Notes: generated from the letters alone by a model not told the origin. A stretch of DNA of 64,000 nt from Candidatus Hydrothermales bacterium (GCA_039630575.1 JBCNUW010000009.1:1-64000), one strand, 5' to 3'. Counted from the stretch's first letter, positions 1-10,387 are shown. Numbers and translations are program-made.

Positions 1-1
1 T

Positions 2-1618
2 ACTCTCATAAGATATATAAGAGGGGTTGATTTTTCAAACTTAAGAAGAAGGACTCTTCCAGATGGTAGAGTTTGGAAATTGGGTGATATTATCTATTCA
101 ACCCCTCTTGTAGTTGGACCTCCAACTGAAAGATATGATCTTATTTATGGAGATGTCAGTTATAATGAATTTTATAGAGCTTATAAGAATAGGAGAACCG
201 TTGTTTATGTAGGAGCAAATGATGGGATGTTCCATGCCTTTAATTCAGGGAGACTAACAGAAACAGGAAATGATCTTTCACCATTACAGATAGATCCTGC
301 TGGTTATTCTATTGGAGATGAAATTTTTGCTTATATTCCTTTTAATCTTTTGCCTCATCTTAAGTGGTTACCAAGAAATGACTACTGCCATGTATACTAC
401 GTAGATTTGAAACCTTATCCCACAGATGTTAGGATATTTACTCCTGATCCTATTCATACAAACGGTTGGGGAACAGTAATTGTAGGAGGCTTTAGACTTG
501 GAGGAACTTTATATAATACTCCAACAAAGGTTTATTCCTCTGCTTTCTTTTTAGCAGATGTTACAAGACCTGAAAACATAACAATTTTATGGGAAAAAAG
601 ATTACCTGATGGATCCTATACTACCTCATTTCCAACAACATGTAAAGTTGGTAATAACTGGTTTTTGGTAGTTGGAACAGGTCCTACAAATTTAGCTCAT
701 GTGAACTCAAATCAAGCTCCAAAGATATATGTACTTGACTATAGAACAGGTCTAATTCTCAGAACCTTTACTTTACCAATCAATTCCTCCTTTGTAGGTG
801 ATATAATTTCAGTTGACTATGACCTTGACTATAATGTAGAGGTGCTTTACTTTGGAACAAATGTACTTGAAAATCCTACTTTGCCAAGATATGGTGGAAT
901 ACTTTATAAAATAAAAACAAACGATGATCCCAACCCTAACAATTGGGTGTTAGCACCAGTTTTTGATGCATCAGAACCTATTATTTCATCCCCTTCAGTT
1001 GGAATGGATAATAAAGGAAGATTATGGGTTTATTTTGGAACAGGTAGATTTTATACAAGGGATGACGCCAACTACTTAGAAACACAGTATCTTGTTGGAG
1101 TGAGGGACGAGGATGCTTACTATAATCTTAATAATCTTCTTGACGTAACCAATATAAGGGTATTTAGTCCTGAGAGTGTTTTTACACCTACAGGAGCAAT
1201 AATTTCCTTTAATCAACTTGAAAATATGGTCTCAACGACTTACAAGGGGTGGTATAGAAGACTTATTTTAGGAGAAAGATGTATTACAGCTTCAGCCCTT
1301 ATAGGAGGGGTTGCTTTATTTACTACTTATAAACCAGACTTTAGACCCTGTAGAGCAGGTGGTGAAGGTGTACTTTATGCTCTCTACTATTTAACAGGCA
1401 CAGCCTACTATAGGCCAATTATAGGAGAGTCTGGTACCGGTGAGAATTTACCTTCAATTTCTACAGGACCTGGAGCTCCTTCAGAACCTACAGTATATGT
1501 GGGTGCCGAGGGAGAAAAAGTTTTTGTTCAACTTGGAACAGGTGGTATCTTTGAAACTGAATCTCCTCTTCCTTTTTCACCACAAAGATCAAGAATTATC
1601 TTTTGGAAGGGTAGATGA
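2..1618 (+). CDS. pilY1: PilY1/PilC-like type IV pilus tip adhesin, C-terminal beta-propeller (5'-partial)
   Basis: The frame is open from position 2 (TLIRYIRG...WKLGDIIYSTP). Motifs VYVGANDGMFHAF, DxDxD-like DYDLDYNVEVLYFG and VYFGTGR are typical of the PilY1 C-terminus. Confidence 0.85.
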   Translation, partial: TLIRYIRGVDFSNLRRRTLPDGRVWKLGDIIYSTPLVVGPPTERYDLIYGDVSYNEFYRAYKNRRTVVYVGANDGMFHAFNSGRLTETGNDLSPLQIDPAGYSIGDEIFAYIPFNLLPHLKWLPRNDYCHVYYVDLKPYPTDVRIFTPDPIHTNGWGTVIVGGFRLGGTLYNTPTKVYSSAFFLADVTRPENITILWEKRLPDGSYTTSFPTTCKVGNNWFLVVGTGPTNLAHVNSNQAPKIYVLDYRTGLILRTFTLPINSSFVGDIISVDYDLDYNVEVLYFGTNVLENPTLPRYGGILYKIKTNDDPNPNNWVLAPVFDASEPIISSPSVGMDNKGRLWVYFGTGRFYTRDDANYLETQYLVGVRDEDAYYNLNNLLDVTNIRVFSPESVFTPTGAIISFNQLENMVSTTYKGWYRRLILGERCITASALIGGVALFTTYKPDFRPCRAGGEGVLYALYYLTGTAYYRPIIGESGTGENLPSISTGPGAPSEPTVYVGAEGEKVFVQLGTGGIFETESPLPFSPQRSRIIFWKGR

Positions 1619-1630
1619 TGAAAACAAAAG

Positions 1631-1641
1631 GGTTCAAATCC
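1631..1641 (+). promoter_or_regulatory. T-loop-like 5'UTR motif GGTTCAAATCC (copy 1), in a perfect AAAGGG/CCCTTT hairpin
   Basis: Lies 25 nt upstream of the ATG at 1667; no SD in between. Confidence 0.7.
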
Positions 1642-1666
1642 CTTTACAAAGTTTTAACATACTAAT

Positions 1667-1990
1667 ATGAAAAGATTTTTAATATTTTTTCTTTTAACCT
1701 TCTTTAATGGAACCCTTAAAGCAGATTGGGTTGAAGGAAGTGATACCCTTACGCTATATGAAGTCAAAGAAAACTTTTTTTATTTTGAAGAGTACATGAT
1801 TCCTTTTAAAGGAGACTATACTTTACCTACCCTTATCCAGTCTAAAAAGTTTATAAATAGGTCAAATGAACTTGAAATTAAACTACCCGCAAAAGTTTAT
1901 ATTAAATACCTCTTAAACGTAACAGGAGAAGAAGATATTAAATTCCATGAAATAAAAATTATTTCTTTTGAATATATAAAGAGATTGTAA
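1667..1990 (+). CDS. Small exported hypothetical protein
   Basis: 107 aa ORF with an N-terminal signal-peptide-like segment. Confidence 0.7.
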   Translation: MKRFLIFFLLTFFNGTLKADWVEGSDTLTLYEVKENFFYFEEYMIPFKGDYTLPTLIQSKKFINRSNELEIKLPAKVYIKYLLNVTGEEDIKFHEIKIISFEYIKRL

Positions 1991-2005
1991 ACTGATTTTT
2001 CTATT

Positions 2006-2890
2006 TTGATGATGAAATATTTAATTCTTTCAACTTTTTTATTTTTAGTTTTTTGCAAAAGGGAAGTAAAGAAAGAAAAGGGTGAGCTCCTTTTTATAGA
2101 ATTTGCAGAAATTAATAATAAAAAACCATGTGTAGGTGACGTTTTAGGCGTAAATTATATCTTAAAAGGGGAAACTAAAGAGGCAAATGTAATTGTTGAA
2201 TGGTATGTAAACGATAAAAAGATTTTTGAGGGTTTAGATTTTAAATTAGAAGATGTAAAAAAGAAAGATAAAATTCATGCAGTTTTAATTCCATCCTTTA
2301 AGGGAGTCAAGGGGAAACCCTATTTTACAGAGTCTATTTTTGTGTCTAACAGCTTACCTGTTGTTGAGAGTGCCTCTTTAGATCCAAGTTTTATATACTC
2401 AAATACAGAGAAGGTTAGAGTAGTTCCAAAAGGTTATGATCCCGACGGGGAAAAGATTAATTTTTTTGCAAGATGGAGAATTGGCAATTTTTATCCGAGT
2501 GATTCTTCATTAGAAATTTCTCTTAAAAATTTGAAAGAAGGAGATACAGTAGAGGTATTTGTCTATGCAAGAGATAGTGAATCCCGATCGTATAGGTCTT
2601 ACTCCCTCCAAACTGTGGTTCAGAATTCTCCACCACAGATATATAAAGAGGAATTCTTTATTAAAGAAAATAAAATTTTTGTAAAATTTTTTGCAAAAGA
2701 TCCTGATAATGATAATTTAATTCTTGAGTTAATTAATTCAAATATTAAACCACTTGAGATAAAAGATAATGAACTTACACTTATATTTCCATATGACCAG
2801 AAGATAAATGAACTCAAATTAGATGTAAAGGTTTTAGATACAAAAGGTAATTATATACTGAAAAACCTTCTTTTAAATATTAAAAGATAG
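2006..2890 (+). CDS. Putative lipoprotein with tandem Ig-like domains
   Basis: Hydrophobic N-terminus ending in Cys; recurring NSxP, DPDGE/DPDND and W-x-V-N motifs of Ig-like repeats. Confidence 0.65.
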   Translation: MMMKYLILSTFLFLVFCKREVKKEKGELLFIEFAEINNKKPCVGDVLGVNYILKGETKEANVIVEWYVNDKKIFEGLDFKLEDVKKKDKIHAVLIPSFKGVKGKPYFTESIFVSNSLPVVESASLDPSFIYSNTEKVRVVPKGYDPDGEKINFFARWRIGNFYPSDSSLEISLKNLKEGDTVEVFVYARDSESRSYRSYSLQTVVQNSPPQIYKEEFFIKENKIFVKFFAKDPDNDNLILELINSNIKPLEIKDNELTLIFPYDQKINELKLDVKVLDTKGNYILKNLLLNIKR

Positions 2891-2964
2891 GGGAATTTAA
2901 TTAAGTTATTTTGTTTTTATTTTCCCTTGTTTATCTATTTATGTTTATAAACTTAAATTAAACC

Positions 2965-4122
2965 TTAATGAAGTGCCTCTATTCCAGGTAGACTGCCTTT
3001 TTCTATAAATTCAAGTGAAGCACCACCACCTGTTGAAACGAAAGAAATTTTATTTTCTAATTTTTGTTTTTTAATTACCGTTACCGTTTCTCCGCCTCCA
3101 CAAAGAGAAAAGGCTCCCTTTAAAGTTACTTCTGCTATTTTCTTAGCCACTTCATATGTTCCCTTTGCAAAAGTTCTATTTTCAAAAACACCCATTGGTC
3201 CGTTCCAGAAAATAGTCTTTCCCTTTGAAATTTCCTCTTTAAATATCTGAATAGACCTTTCTCCAATATCATAACCTGCATAACCTTCTGGAACTTCTTC
3301 GCCTTCCGTATATTTTTTACTTTCTGGTGAGTCAGAGTATCTTGTGTCTACTGCAACAACAAGTTTCTCTTCTGGTAACTTTTTAACTTCATCAATAAAC
3401 TTTTCGTCAAGTATAGATTTTCCAATACTTTTTCCTTTTGCTTTCCAAAAAGTGAACATCATACCTCCACCTATTAAAATCTTATCACATTTATCAATAA
3501 GGGTTTTTATAACTCCAATTTTATCTTCTACCTTTGCACCGCCAAGTATAGCTATAAAAGGTTTCTCAGGATTTTCTGTTATTTTCTTTAAGTTATTAAT
3601 TTCTTTTTCAAGTAAAAAACCGGCATACTTTTCTTCGAAGAGTTTTGGCAATGTGTAAACTGAGGTATGTTTTCTGTGAGAAGCAGCAAAGGCTTCATTT
3701 ACATATATATCTGCCAGTTCCCTCCATTTTTTAGCAAGTTCAATATCGTCTTTTTCTTCATTTTCTTCAAATCTTGTATTTTCAATAAGCAAAACTTCTC
3801 CTTCTTTCATTTCGTTTATTATCTTTATAACATTTTCACCATGTAACTCTTCAGTGAATCTTACTTTTTCCTTTAATAGTCTTTTTAATTTCTTTACAAC
3901 TGGCTGTAGAGAAAATTCAGGACTCCTTTTACCTTTAGGTCTTCCGAGATGGCTGGCTAATATTATTTTTCCACCTCTTTCGATTAAAAATTTTATTGTT
4001 GGAATAGTTTCTTTTATCCTGGTATCATCAAGAATTTTTCCTTCCTTGATCGGAACATTAAAATCAACTCTTAAAAAAATTCTTTTACCTTTTATATCAC
4101 CAATTTGATTTAAACTTTTCAT
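2965..4122 (-). CDS. pgk: Phosphoglycerate kinase
   Basis: RVDFNVP, SHLGRPKG, GGAKVEDK, WNGPMGVFE, STGGGASLE; SD AAGGAG upstream. Confidence 0.98.
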   Translation of the reverse strand: MKSLNQIGDIKGKRIFLRVDFNVPIKEGKILDDTRIKETIPTIKFLIERGGKIILASHLGRPKGKRSPEFSLQPVVKKLKRLLKEKVRFTEELHGENVIKIINEMKEGEVLLIENTRFEENEEKDDIELAKKWRELADIYVNEAFAASHRKHTSVYTLPKLFEEKYAGFLLEKEINNLKKITENPEKPFIAILGGAKVEDKIGVIKTLIDKCDKILIGGGMMFTFWKAKGKSIGKSILDEKFIDEVKKLPEEKLVVAVDTRYSDSPESKKYTEGEEVPEGYAGYDIGERSIQIFKEEISKGKTIFWNGPMGVFENRTFAKGTYEVAKKIAEVTLKGAFSLCGGGETVTVIKKQKLENKISFVSTGGGASLEFIEKGSLPGIEALH

Positions 4123-4135
4123 TTATAACTCCTTT

Positions 4136-5146
4136 TTATTCCTTTTCAGCCATAAACTCAAGCAAATCAACTACTCTTACTGAATATCCCCATTCGTTAT
4201 CATACCAACCAGCAACTTTAACAAGATTTTCAACAGTTTCTGTAAGTGTAGCATCAAAGATACAAGAATGGGGATTACCTATAAAATCTGAAGAAACAAG
4301 TGGCTCATCACAATATTCAAGATACTTAGGCATTTCTTGAGATGCCTTTTTGAAAGCCTCATTTACATCTTCTTTTTTCACTTCCCTTTCAACTATAGCT
4401 GTAAAATCGCATAAGGATACAGTTGGTGTTGGAACTCTTATGGCAACAGCTTTCAATTTACCTTTCAGTTCGGGATAAACAAGTTCTATTGCTTCAGCAG
4501 CTCCTGTGGAAGTTGGAATTATGTTTAAGGCAGCTGCTCTTGCCCTTCTTAAATCCTTATGAATTTGATCTAAGATCCTCTGATCATTTGTATAAGAGTG
4601 AATTGTAGTCATTTCTCCTTTTTGAATTTTGAAATTTTCGTGAACGACCTTTACAAGAAAAGAAAAGCAATTTGTAGTACAAGAGGCGTTTGATATAACA
4701 AAATGTTTTTTAGGATCGTACATATTATCATTTATTCCAAGCACAATAGTAACATCTGGTTTTGTACCTTTTCCAGGAGCAGTTATCAAAACTCTTTTCG
4801 CTCCAGCATCTATATGGGCTTGAGCCTTTGTCCTGTCTGTAAAAGCACCAGTTGCTTCAACTACATAATCAATTTCAAGATCTTTCCATGGCAGTTTTAC
4901 CGGATCCTTCTCTGAGAAAGTAAGTATTTTTTTGTTATTAATTACAAATCCATCTTTTTCAGTTTTTATTTCTTCTTCTGCAATTCTAAAAATTGAATCA
5001 TACTTATAGAGATGAGCAAGGGATTGGCTATCTGCAAGGTCATTTATTGCCACGAATTCAAGTTTCTTTCTCTTTAAACCTTCCTTTAAGACTTGTCTTC
5101 CAATCCTTCCAAAACCATTTATAGCAATTTTTACTTTTTTCTTCAT
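4136..5146 (-). CDS. gap: Type I glyceraldehyde-3-phosphate dehydrogenase
   Basis: INGFGRIGR, SNASCTTNC, WYDNEWGYS. Confidence 0.98.
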   Translation of the reverse strand: MKKKVKIAINGFGRIGRQVLKEGLKRKKLEFVAINDLADSQSLAHLYKYDSIFRIAEEEIKTEKDGFVINNKKILTFSEKDPVKLPWKDLEIDYVVEATGAFTDRTKAQAHIDAGAKRVLITAPGKGTKPDVTIVLGINDNMYDPKKHFVISNASCTTNCFSFLVKVVHENFKIQKGEMTTIHSYTNDQRILDQIHKDLRRARAAALNIIPTSTGAAEAIELVYPELKGKLKAVAIRVPTPTVSLCDFTAIVEREVKKEDVNEAFKKASQEMPKYLEYCDEPLVSSDFIGNPHSCIFDATLTETVENLVKVAGWYDNEWGYSVRVVDLLEFMAEKE

Positions 5147-5167
5147 TTTTCACTTTAATTTTAATTG

Positions 5168-5178
5168 GGATTTGAACC
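5168..5178 (-). promoter_or_regulatory. T-loop-like 5'UTR motif GGTTCAAATCC (copy 2)
   Basis: Lies 21 nt upstream of the gap ATG and downstream of a minus-strand TATAAT; no SD. Confidence 0.7.
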
Positions 5179-5253
5179 TTTAAATGAAAGATTATTATAA
5201 CTTAACATTTTTTTGAAAACAAAATAGTAAATTGACATATAATATCTTAAGAA

Positions 5254-5883
5254 ATGAAAAAATTCCTTTTTATTTTTTTAATAATTTTTGGGGCATGTTC
5301 TTTTAAAATTTTTAAAAGAACTAAACCAGAGGAATTTGGTATTGAAAGCTATTTTGCTCAAGGTGTTTATTATTTTTATAAGGGTAAATATGAGAAAGCC
5401 AGGTTCTATTTTAATAAGGTTCTATTTTCAGGAGAGATAAGGGAGTATACTGATGATGTGCAGTTTTACATTGCTAAGTCTTATTTTTTAGAAAAGCAGT
5501 TTGAAACTGCCTCATCGGAATATAACTTTCTTTTAAATCAATTTCCAAATTCTGAGCATTTGGAAGAAGCTGAATTTGATATTTTAAAAATTGAAATTTT
5601 AAAGGTTTCTTCACCTTCACATGAGACTGGTGAACTTGAAAAAGTTATACCTAAAATAGATAATTTTTTAAAAAAATACCCTAATTCGAAATTTAGTGAG
5701 GAATTGCTTGGATTAAAAAATACTGTTTTAAACATTTTAGCTGAGAAGATTTACTCCATAGCAAGACTTTATGAAAATTTAAAAAAATATTATTCAGCTG
5801 AGATTTATTATAAAGAGTTAATAGATAAATATCCAGACACTATATGGGCAGAAAAGGCAAGAAAAAAAATTAATAAAAAATGA
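5254..5883 (+). CDS. bamD: Outer membrane protein assembly factor BamD-like TPR lipoprotein
   Basis: Lipobox FGAC, TPR repeats, xYPxS motifs, C-terminal LAEKIYSIARLY...SAEIYY...YPDT. Confidence 0.85.
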   Translation: MKKFLFIFLIIFGACSFKIFKRTKPEEFGIESYFAQGVYYFYKGKYEKARFYFNKVLFSGEIREYTDDVQFYIAKSYFLEKQFETASSEYNFLLNQFPNSEHLEEAEFDILKIEILKVSSPSHETGELEKVIPKIDNFLKKYPNSKFSEELLGLKNTVLNILAEKIYSIARLYENLKKYYSAEIYYKELIDKYPDTIWAEKARKKINKK

Positions 5884-6455
5884 AAAAAATAGGAATATTC
5901 GGTGGAGCCTTTGATCCACCTCATATAGGCCATTTCTTAATAGCTCAAGATGTTTATGAAAAATTAGAACTAAACGAATTGTATTTTCTTGTCTCATACA
6001 GACCGCCTCATAGGCAAACAAAGGCAGAATTCGAAGATAGATTGAAAATGGTAGAGCTTATGTTGTCTGGATCGCCTTTTTATGTTTCTGACTTTGAATC
6101 TAAGCTTAAATTTGCACCAACCTATACAGTTCTTGTTTTAAATGAATGGAAAAAAAGAAAAAAGGATGAGGAACTGTACTTCATAATGGGCTTAGATCAA
6201 TTTTTAAATTTAGACAAATGGTATGAATACCAAACACTTTTTGAACTTTCAAAAGTTGTGGTTTGTAAAAGACAAAAGTGTGAAATTAAGGAAATTGCTT
6301 GCTATAAGGAAAAGGTAATTTTTCTTGATACAAGAATTGTTGAACTTTCGTCAAAAGAAATAAGGGCTAGAATAAGAGAAGGTAAAAGTGTACATCTTAT
6401 GGTTCATCCTGAAGTTGAAAATTTTATAAATGAAAAAGGACTTTATTTAAAATGA
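5880..6455 (+). CDS. nadD: Nicotinate-nucleotide adenylyltransferase
   Basis: IGIFGGAFDPPHIGH, FIMGLD, SSKEIR. Confidence 0.95.
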   Translation: MKKIGIFGGAFDPPHIGHFLIAQDVYEKLELNELYFLVSYRPPHRQTKAEFEDRLKMVELMLSGSPFYVSDFESKLKFAPTYTVLVLNEWKKRKKDEELYFIMGLDQFLNLDKWYEYQTLFELSKVVVCKRQKCEIKEIACYKEKVIFLDTRIVELSSKEIRARIREGKSVHLMVHPEVENFINEKGLYLK

Positions 6456-7363
6456 GACTCATTTATTCATCAAAATATGAAGTTGATATAGGTCCCCATG
6501 TTTTTCCAACCAAGAAGTATAGATTAATAAAAGAAAAGTTAATAGAAGAAGGTATTGTTAAAGAGTATGATTTTTTTGAGCCAGAACCAGAATCCTTTGA
6601 AGAATTGAAGATTGTTCATACTGAAGAGTATCTTAATGATTTAAAGAATTTGAGATGGACAAAAAGAACAATGTTTTCAGAGCTACCTTTGAATAAAGAA
6701 GTTGTGGATTTTTACCTTATCGGTGCAAGAGGAACTTATCTTGCTTCATTGGATGCTCTCCAGGAAGGGCTCGGAATACATGTTGGTGGTGGTTGGCATC
6801 ATGCTTTCTCTGATAAAGCTGAGGGTTTTTGCTACATAAATGATCTTGCCTATGCTGTAAAAAAATTAAAAAAAGAAAATAAGATTAAAAAAGCCTTAAT
6901 AATTGATCTTGATCTTCACCAAGGTAACGGTACAGCAAAAATTTTTGAAAATGATGAAGATGTTTTTACCTTTTCAATTCATCAAGAAGATTTGTATCCT
7001 GTACCAAAGCAAAAAAGTGATTTAGATATAGGTCTTTGGAGTGGTACTCAAGAAGAGGAATATCTTAAAGTACTTGAAGAAGCTCTTTTTAAAATATTTG
7101 AAAATAGAAGTTTCGATCTGATTTTATATCAAGCAGGAGCTGATCCTTACGAGAAGGATCTCCTTGGAAATTTAAAATTGACAAAAGAAGGTCTAAAAAA
7201 AAGAGACGAACTTGTAAGAAAATATACTCTTGAAAGAGGTTTTAAAATTGCAATAACATTAGGTGGTGGTTATTCTTCAGATCTCAGAGATTTAATTGAA
7301 ATTCACACAAACACTATAAAGGTGTTCCTATTATGGAAAAAAGAAAAACAATTAAAGATGTAA
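6452..7363 (+). CDS. Histone deacetylase family (Zn-dependent) protein
   Basis: GGWHHA, GFC, DLDLHQGNGT, GADP..D, GGGY. Confidence 0.95.
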   Translation: MRLIYSSKYEVDIGPHVFPTKKYRLIKEKLIEEGIVKEYDFFEPEPESFEELKIVHTEEYLNDLKNLRWTKRTMFSELPLNKEVVDFYLIGARGTYLASLDALQEGLGIHVGGGWHHAFSDKAEGFCYINDLAYAVKKLKKENKIKKALIIDLDLHQGNGTAKIFENDEDVFTFSIHQEDLYPVPKQKSDLDIGLWSGTQEEEYLKVLEEALFKIFENRSFDLILYQAGADPYEKDLLGNLKLTKEGLKKRDELVRKYTLERGFKIAITLGGGYSSDLRDLIEIHTNTIKVFLLWKKEKQLKM

Positions 7364-8586
7364 TAAGATTTATTGGTAAGGGTCTTTATAAAGGCAATCA
7401 AGCAGAAGTAATATTAAAACCATATGATAAAAGTGGGATAGTCTTTCTTGTAGATGGAAAGTTTTTTCCTTTAAGTGAAGTTCAGGTTGTGTATAACAAA
7501 AGAGGTACTTCTATAGTTTTTGAAGACAAAACACTTATGTATGTTGAGCATTTAATGTCTGCTCTTTATGGCACAGGTATTGATGATTGTATAATTGAGG
7601 TCAAAAGTGAAGAAGTGCCCTTTTATGACAGCTCTGCAAAATTTTTTGTTGAGAAGATAATGGAAACAGGTGTTGATGAGAAGGAAGATCCTTTAAAGTT
7701 TTATTTCATTAAAAAATCTTACTCAAAAAATTTTGGTGGTCCAAGAATTTCAATTTTGCCTGATGATAACTTAGAAATTGGTTATAGGTTTACACGTACA
7801 CCTTACAAGAAGTATAGTTTTAATTTTATATACGATGCTGAAAGTTACTTAAAAGAAATAGCACCAGCAAAAACCTTTATAACCTATGAAGAGGCAAAAG
7901 AATTAAAAGAAAAAGGATACTTTAAGGGAGCAGATGAGACACTTGCATTAATTTTTAAGGATGGGGAAATAATAAATAAAGATTTAATAACTTTTGAAAA
8001 CGAGCCGGCAAGACATAAAATCTTAGATATAATTGGTGATCTCTATTTAACAGGAAAAAGGTTTAAAGGAAAATTTATTTTTGAGGGAACAGGTCATAAA
8101 GAAACATTAGATTTTATTCCATTCCTTGAAGCTTTTTCAGGTTATGGAAATGAGCTTGATTCAGAAGAAATTAGAAAGATATTGCCTCATGATTATCCTT
8201 TCTTGTTAGTTGATAAGATTTTATCAGTTGAATCTGATAGAATAGTAGGGATCAAAAATGTAAGTTATAATGAAAATTTTTTTAGAGGACATTTTCCGGA
8301 AATAAAAATCATGCCTGGAGTTTTAATTGTTGAAGCGTTAGTTCAGACAGGTGGTATAATGATTTTTGAAAAATTTAAAGAAAAATATGATTTAAAAAAC
8401 AAATTACCAATATTTACCGGAATCGATAACCTTAGGTTCAAAAATAAAGTTCATCCAGGTGATACCCTCTATATGGTTGTAAATCTTTTAAGATTTAAAG
8501 GAAAAGTTTGTAAAATTAAAGGTTTTGCCCTTAAGGAAGAGGGTATTGTTTGTGAAGGAACTTTTACAGCCTTAATTTCAGAATAA
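7333..8586 (+). CDS. lpxC-fabZ: Bifunctional LpxC (UDP-3-O-acyl-GlcNAc deacetylase)-FabZ (3-hydroxyacyl-ACP dehydratase)
   Basis: LpxC motifs VEHLMSAL and HKILDIIGDL; FabZ motifs LPHDYPFLLVD and FRGHFP..IMPGVLIVEA. Confidence 0.93.
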   Translation: MEKRKTIKDVIRFIGKGLYKGNQAEVILKPYDKSGIVFLVDGKFFPLSEVQVVYNKRGTSIVFEDKTLMYVEHLMSALYGTGIDDCIIEVKSEEVPFYDSSAKFFVEKIMETGVDEKEDPLKFYFIKKSYSKNFGGPRISILPDDNLEIGYRFTRTPYKKYSFNFIYDAESYLKEIAPAKTFITYEEAKELKEKGYFKGADETLALIFKDGEIINKDLITFENEPARHKILDIIGDLYLTGKRFKGKFIFEGTGHKETLDFIPFLEAFSGYGNELDSEEIRKILPHDYPFLLVDKILSVESDRIVGIKNVSYNENFFRGHFPEIKIMPGVLIVEALVQTGGIMIFEKFKEKYDLKNKLPIFTGIDNLRFKNKVHPGDTLYMVVNLLRFKGKVCKIKGFALKEEGIVCEGTFTALISE

Positions 8587-9362
8587 TGAGCTTTATTCAT
8601 AAAACAGCTATAATTGACGGAAATGTAAGAATTGGTGAGAGTGTTTATATTGGACCTTATTCGATTATAGAAGGAGATGTCGAAATAGGAGATTTTACAC
8701 ATATTGATTCTCATGTTACAATAAAAGGTAAAGTAAAGATAGGGAAAGCAAATAAAGTTTTAAACGGATGTTGTATAGGATATCCTCCTCAGGATGTTAA
8801 GTTTAAGGGTGAGGATACAGAGGTTATAATAGGAAATGGCAATATAATCAGAGAATATGTGACAATACATAGAGCTACAGGAGAAGGAGAAAAGACTATA
8901 ATAGGGGATTCAAATTTTTTAATGGCATATTCTCATATTGCTCATAATTCGAAGATAGGAAACGAGGTTATAATTGTTAATGGTGCCCAACTTGGTGGAC
9001 ATGTAGAAGTTGAGGATTATGCCTTTATAAGTTCAAATGTTTTAATTCATCAGTTTGTAAGAATAGGCAAATACTCAATAATAGGTGGAGGAACTCATGT
9101 GAAGAAAGACATAGTGCCTTTTGCCCTCTGTTATGGTACCCCAGATGCGGAAATTAAAGGAATAAATACTGTTGGATTAAAGAGAAGAGGAATATCAGGT
9201 GAGAGATTGAATAACATAAAAAGAGCTTTTAAAATTTTGTTTTTCAGTGATTTAAATGTAACTCAGGCATTAGAGAAACTTAAAAGTGAATTTGAAGGTA
9301 ATGAAGATATCTCTCATATTATAAGGTTTATTGAGACTTCAAAAAGGGGAATAACAAAATAA
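8586..9362 (+). CDS. lpxA: Acyl-ACP--UDP-GlcNAc O-acyltransferase
   Basis: Hexapeptide repeats, PQDVKF, IREYVTIHRAT, HIAHN, HQFVRIG, GINTVGLKRRG. Confidence 0.96.
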   Translation: MSFIHKTAIIDGNVRIGESVYIGPYSIIEGDVEIGDFTHIDSHVTIKGKVKIGKANKVLNGCCIGYPPQDVKFKGEDTEVIIGNGNIIREYVTIHRATGEGEKTIIGDSNFLMAYSHIAHNSKIGNEVIIVNGAQLGGHVEVEDYAFISSNVLIHQFVRIGKYSIIGGGTHVKKDIVPFALCYGTPDAEIKGINTVGLKRRGISGERLNNIKRAFKILFFSDLNVTQALEKLKSEFEGNEDISHIIRFIETSKRGITK

Positions 9363-9375
9363 TTTGGAGGGGAAC

Positions 9376-10311
9376 ATGAAGATAGTTATTGCCCTTGGTG
9401 GTAACGCAATTTTACCAAAGGGTAAGTCACCTGACATAGTAACCCAATTTGAGAATACAGAGAAGACTCTTAGAAAACTCGTTCCTGTTTTGAAAAGATC
9501 AAAAAGTGCATTTATAACTCATGGAAATGGTCCGCAGGTTGGTATAGAACTTCTAAGAAGTTTTTATGCCAGAGAAGTAACACCTCCTTATCCTCTTGAT
9601 ATACTTGGGGCAGAAACTCAGGGTTGGATGGGGTATATGATTGTTCATATATTAAAAGAGATTTTTTGGGAGGAAAAGGTTGAAAAAGAGGCTGTAGCAA
9701 TTGTGACCCAAGTTTTAGTTTCTCCCGATGATCCCGAATTTAAAGATCCTTCAAAACCAATAGGTCCTTTTTTTACAAAGGAGGAAGCTGAATCTTTAAT
9801 GACAAAATTTCCATGGCCAATTAAAGAGGATTCAGGAAGAGGTTATAGGATCACTGTGCCATCTCCTGAACCTATAGATATATTAGAAAAAGATGTATTA
9901 AAGGAGTTAAGTAAAGAGGGTGTGGTTACTGTTGCTGTTGGTGGAGGTGGAATTCCTGTTGTTAGGGAAGGAAATAAATTAAAGGCAAGACTTGCTGTTA
10001 TTGATAAGGATAGGGCTTCCTCTCTTTTAGCAAGACTAATAAGTGCCGATCTTTTTATGATTTTGACAGATGTAGATTTTGTTTATTTAAATTTTAAAAA
10101 AGAAAATCAAAAGGAATTGAGAAAAATAAAAGTTTCAAAGCTAAAAGAACACATTTTGGAGGGGCATTTTTCAAGGGGTAGTATGTTGCCCAAAGTAGAG
10201 GCTTCGATTTCTTTTGTTTTGGAGACTGGTAAAAGGGCTGTGATTACATCCCTTGAAAGATGCATTGAAGGATTAGAAGGAAATTGGGGAACACAGATAA
10301 TTCCAGATTAA
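9376..10311 (+). CDS. arcC: Carbamate kinase
   Basis: VIALGGNA, THGNGPQVG, KPIGPF, GGGGIPV, VIDKD, GSMLPK. ATG 9376 follows GGAGGG and is preferred over TTG 9364. Confidence 0.95.
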   Translation: MKIVIALGGNAILPKGKSPDIVTQFENTEKTLRKLVPVLKRSKSAFITHGNGPQVGIELLRSFYAREVTPPYPLDILGAETQGWMGYMIVHILKEIFWEEKVEKEAVAIVTQVLVSPDDPEFKDPSKPIGPFFTKEEAESLMTKFPWPIKEDSGRGYRITVPSPEPIDILEKDVLKELSKEGVVTVAVGGGGIPVVREGNKLKARLAVIDKDRASSLLARLISADLFMILTDVDFVYLNFKKENQKELRKIKVSKLKEHILEGHFSRGSMLPKVEASISFVLETGKRAVITSLERCIEGLEGNWGTQIIPD

Positions 10312-10312
10312 A

Positions 10313-10387
10313 TGGGCGGGCGAGGATTTGAACCTCGGACCTCCTGTATGTGAGACAGGCGTTCTAACCATGCTGAACTACCCGCCC
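10313..10387 (-). tRNA. tRNA-Val(CAC)
   Basis: GGGCGGG/CCCGCCC acceptor stem, anticodon arm CCTGT-CTCACAT-ACAGG, T-loop GGTTCAAATCC; CCA not encoded. Confidence 0.95.

Noticed and set aside
1440..1670. 76-aa ORF overlapping the pilY1 3' end
   Set aside because: Alternative frame inside a conserved gene, with no recognisable features.
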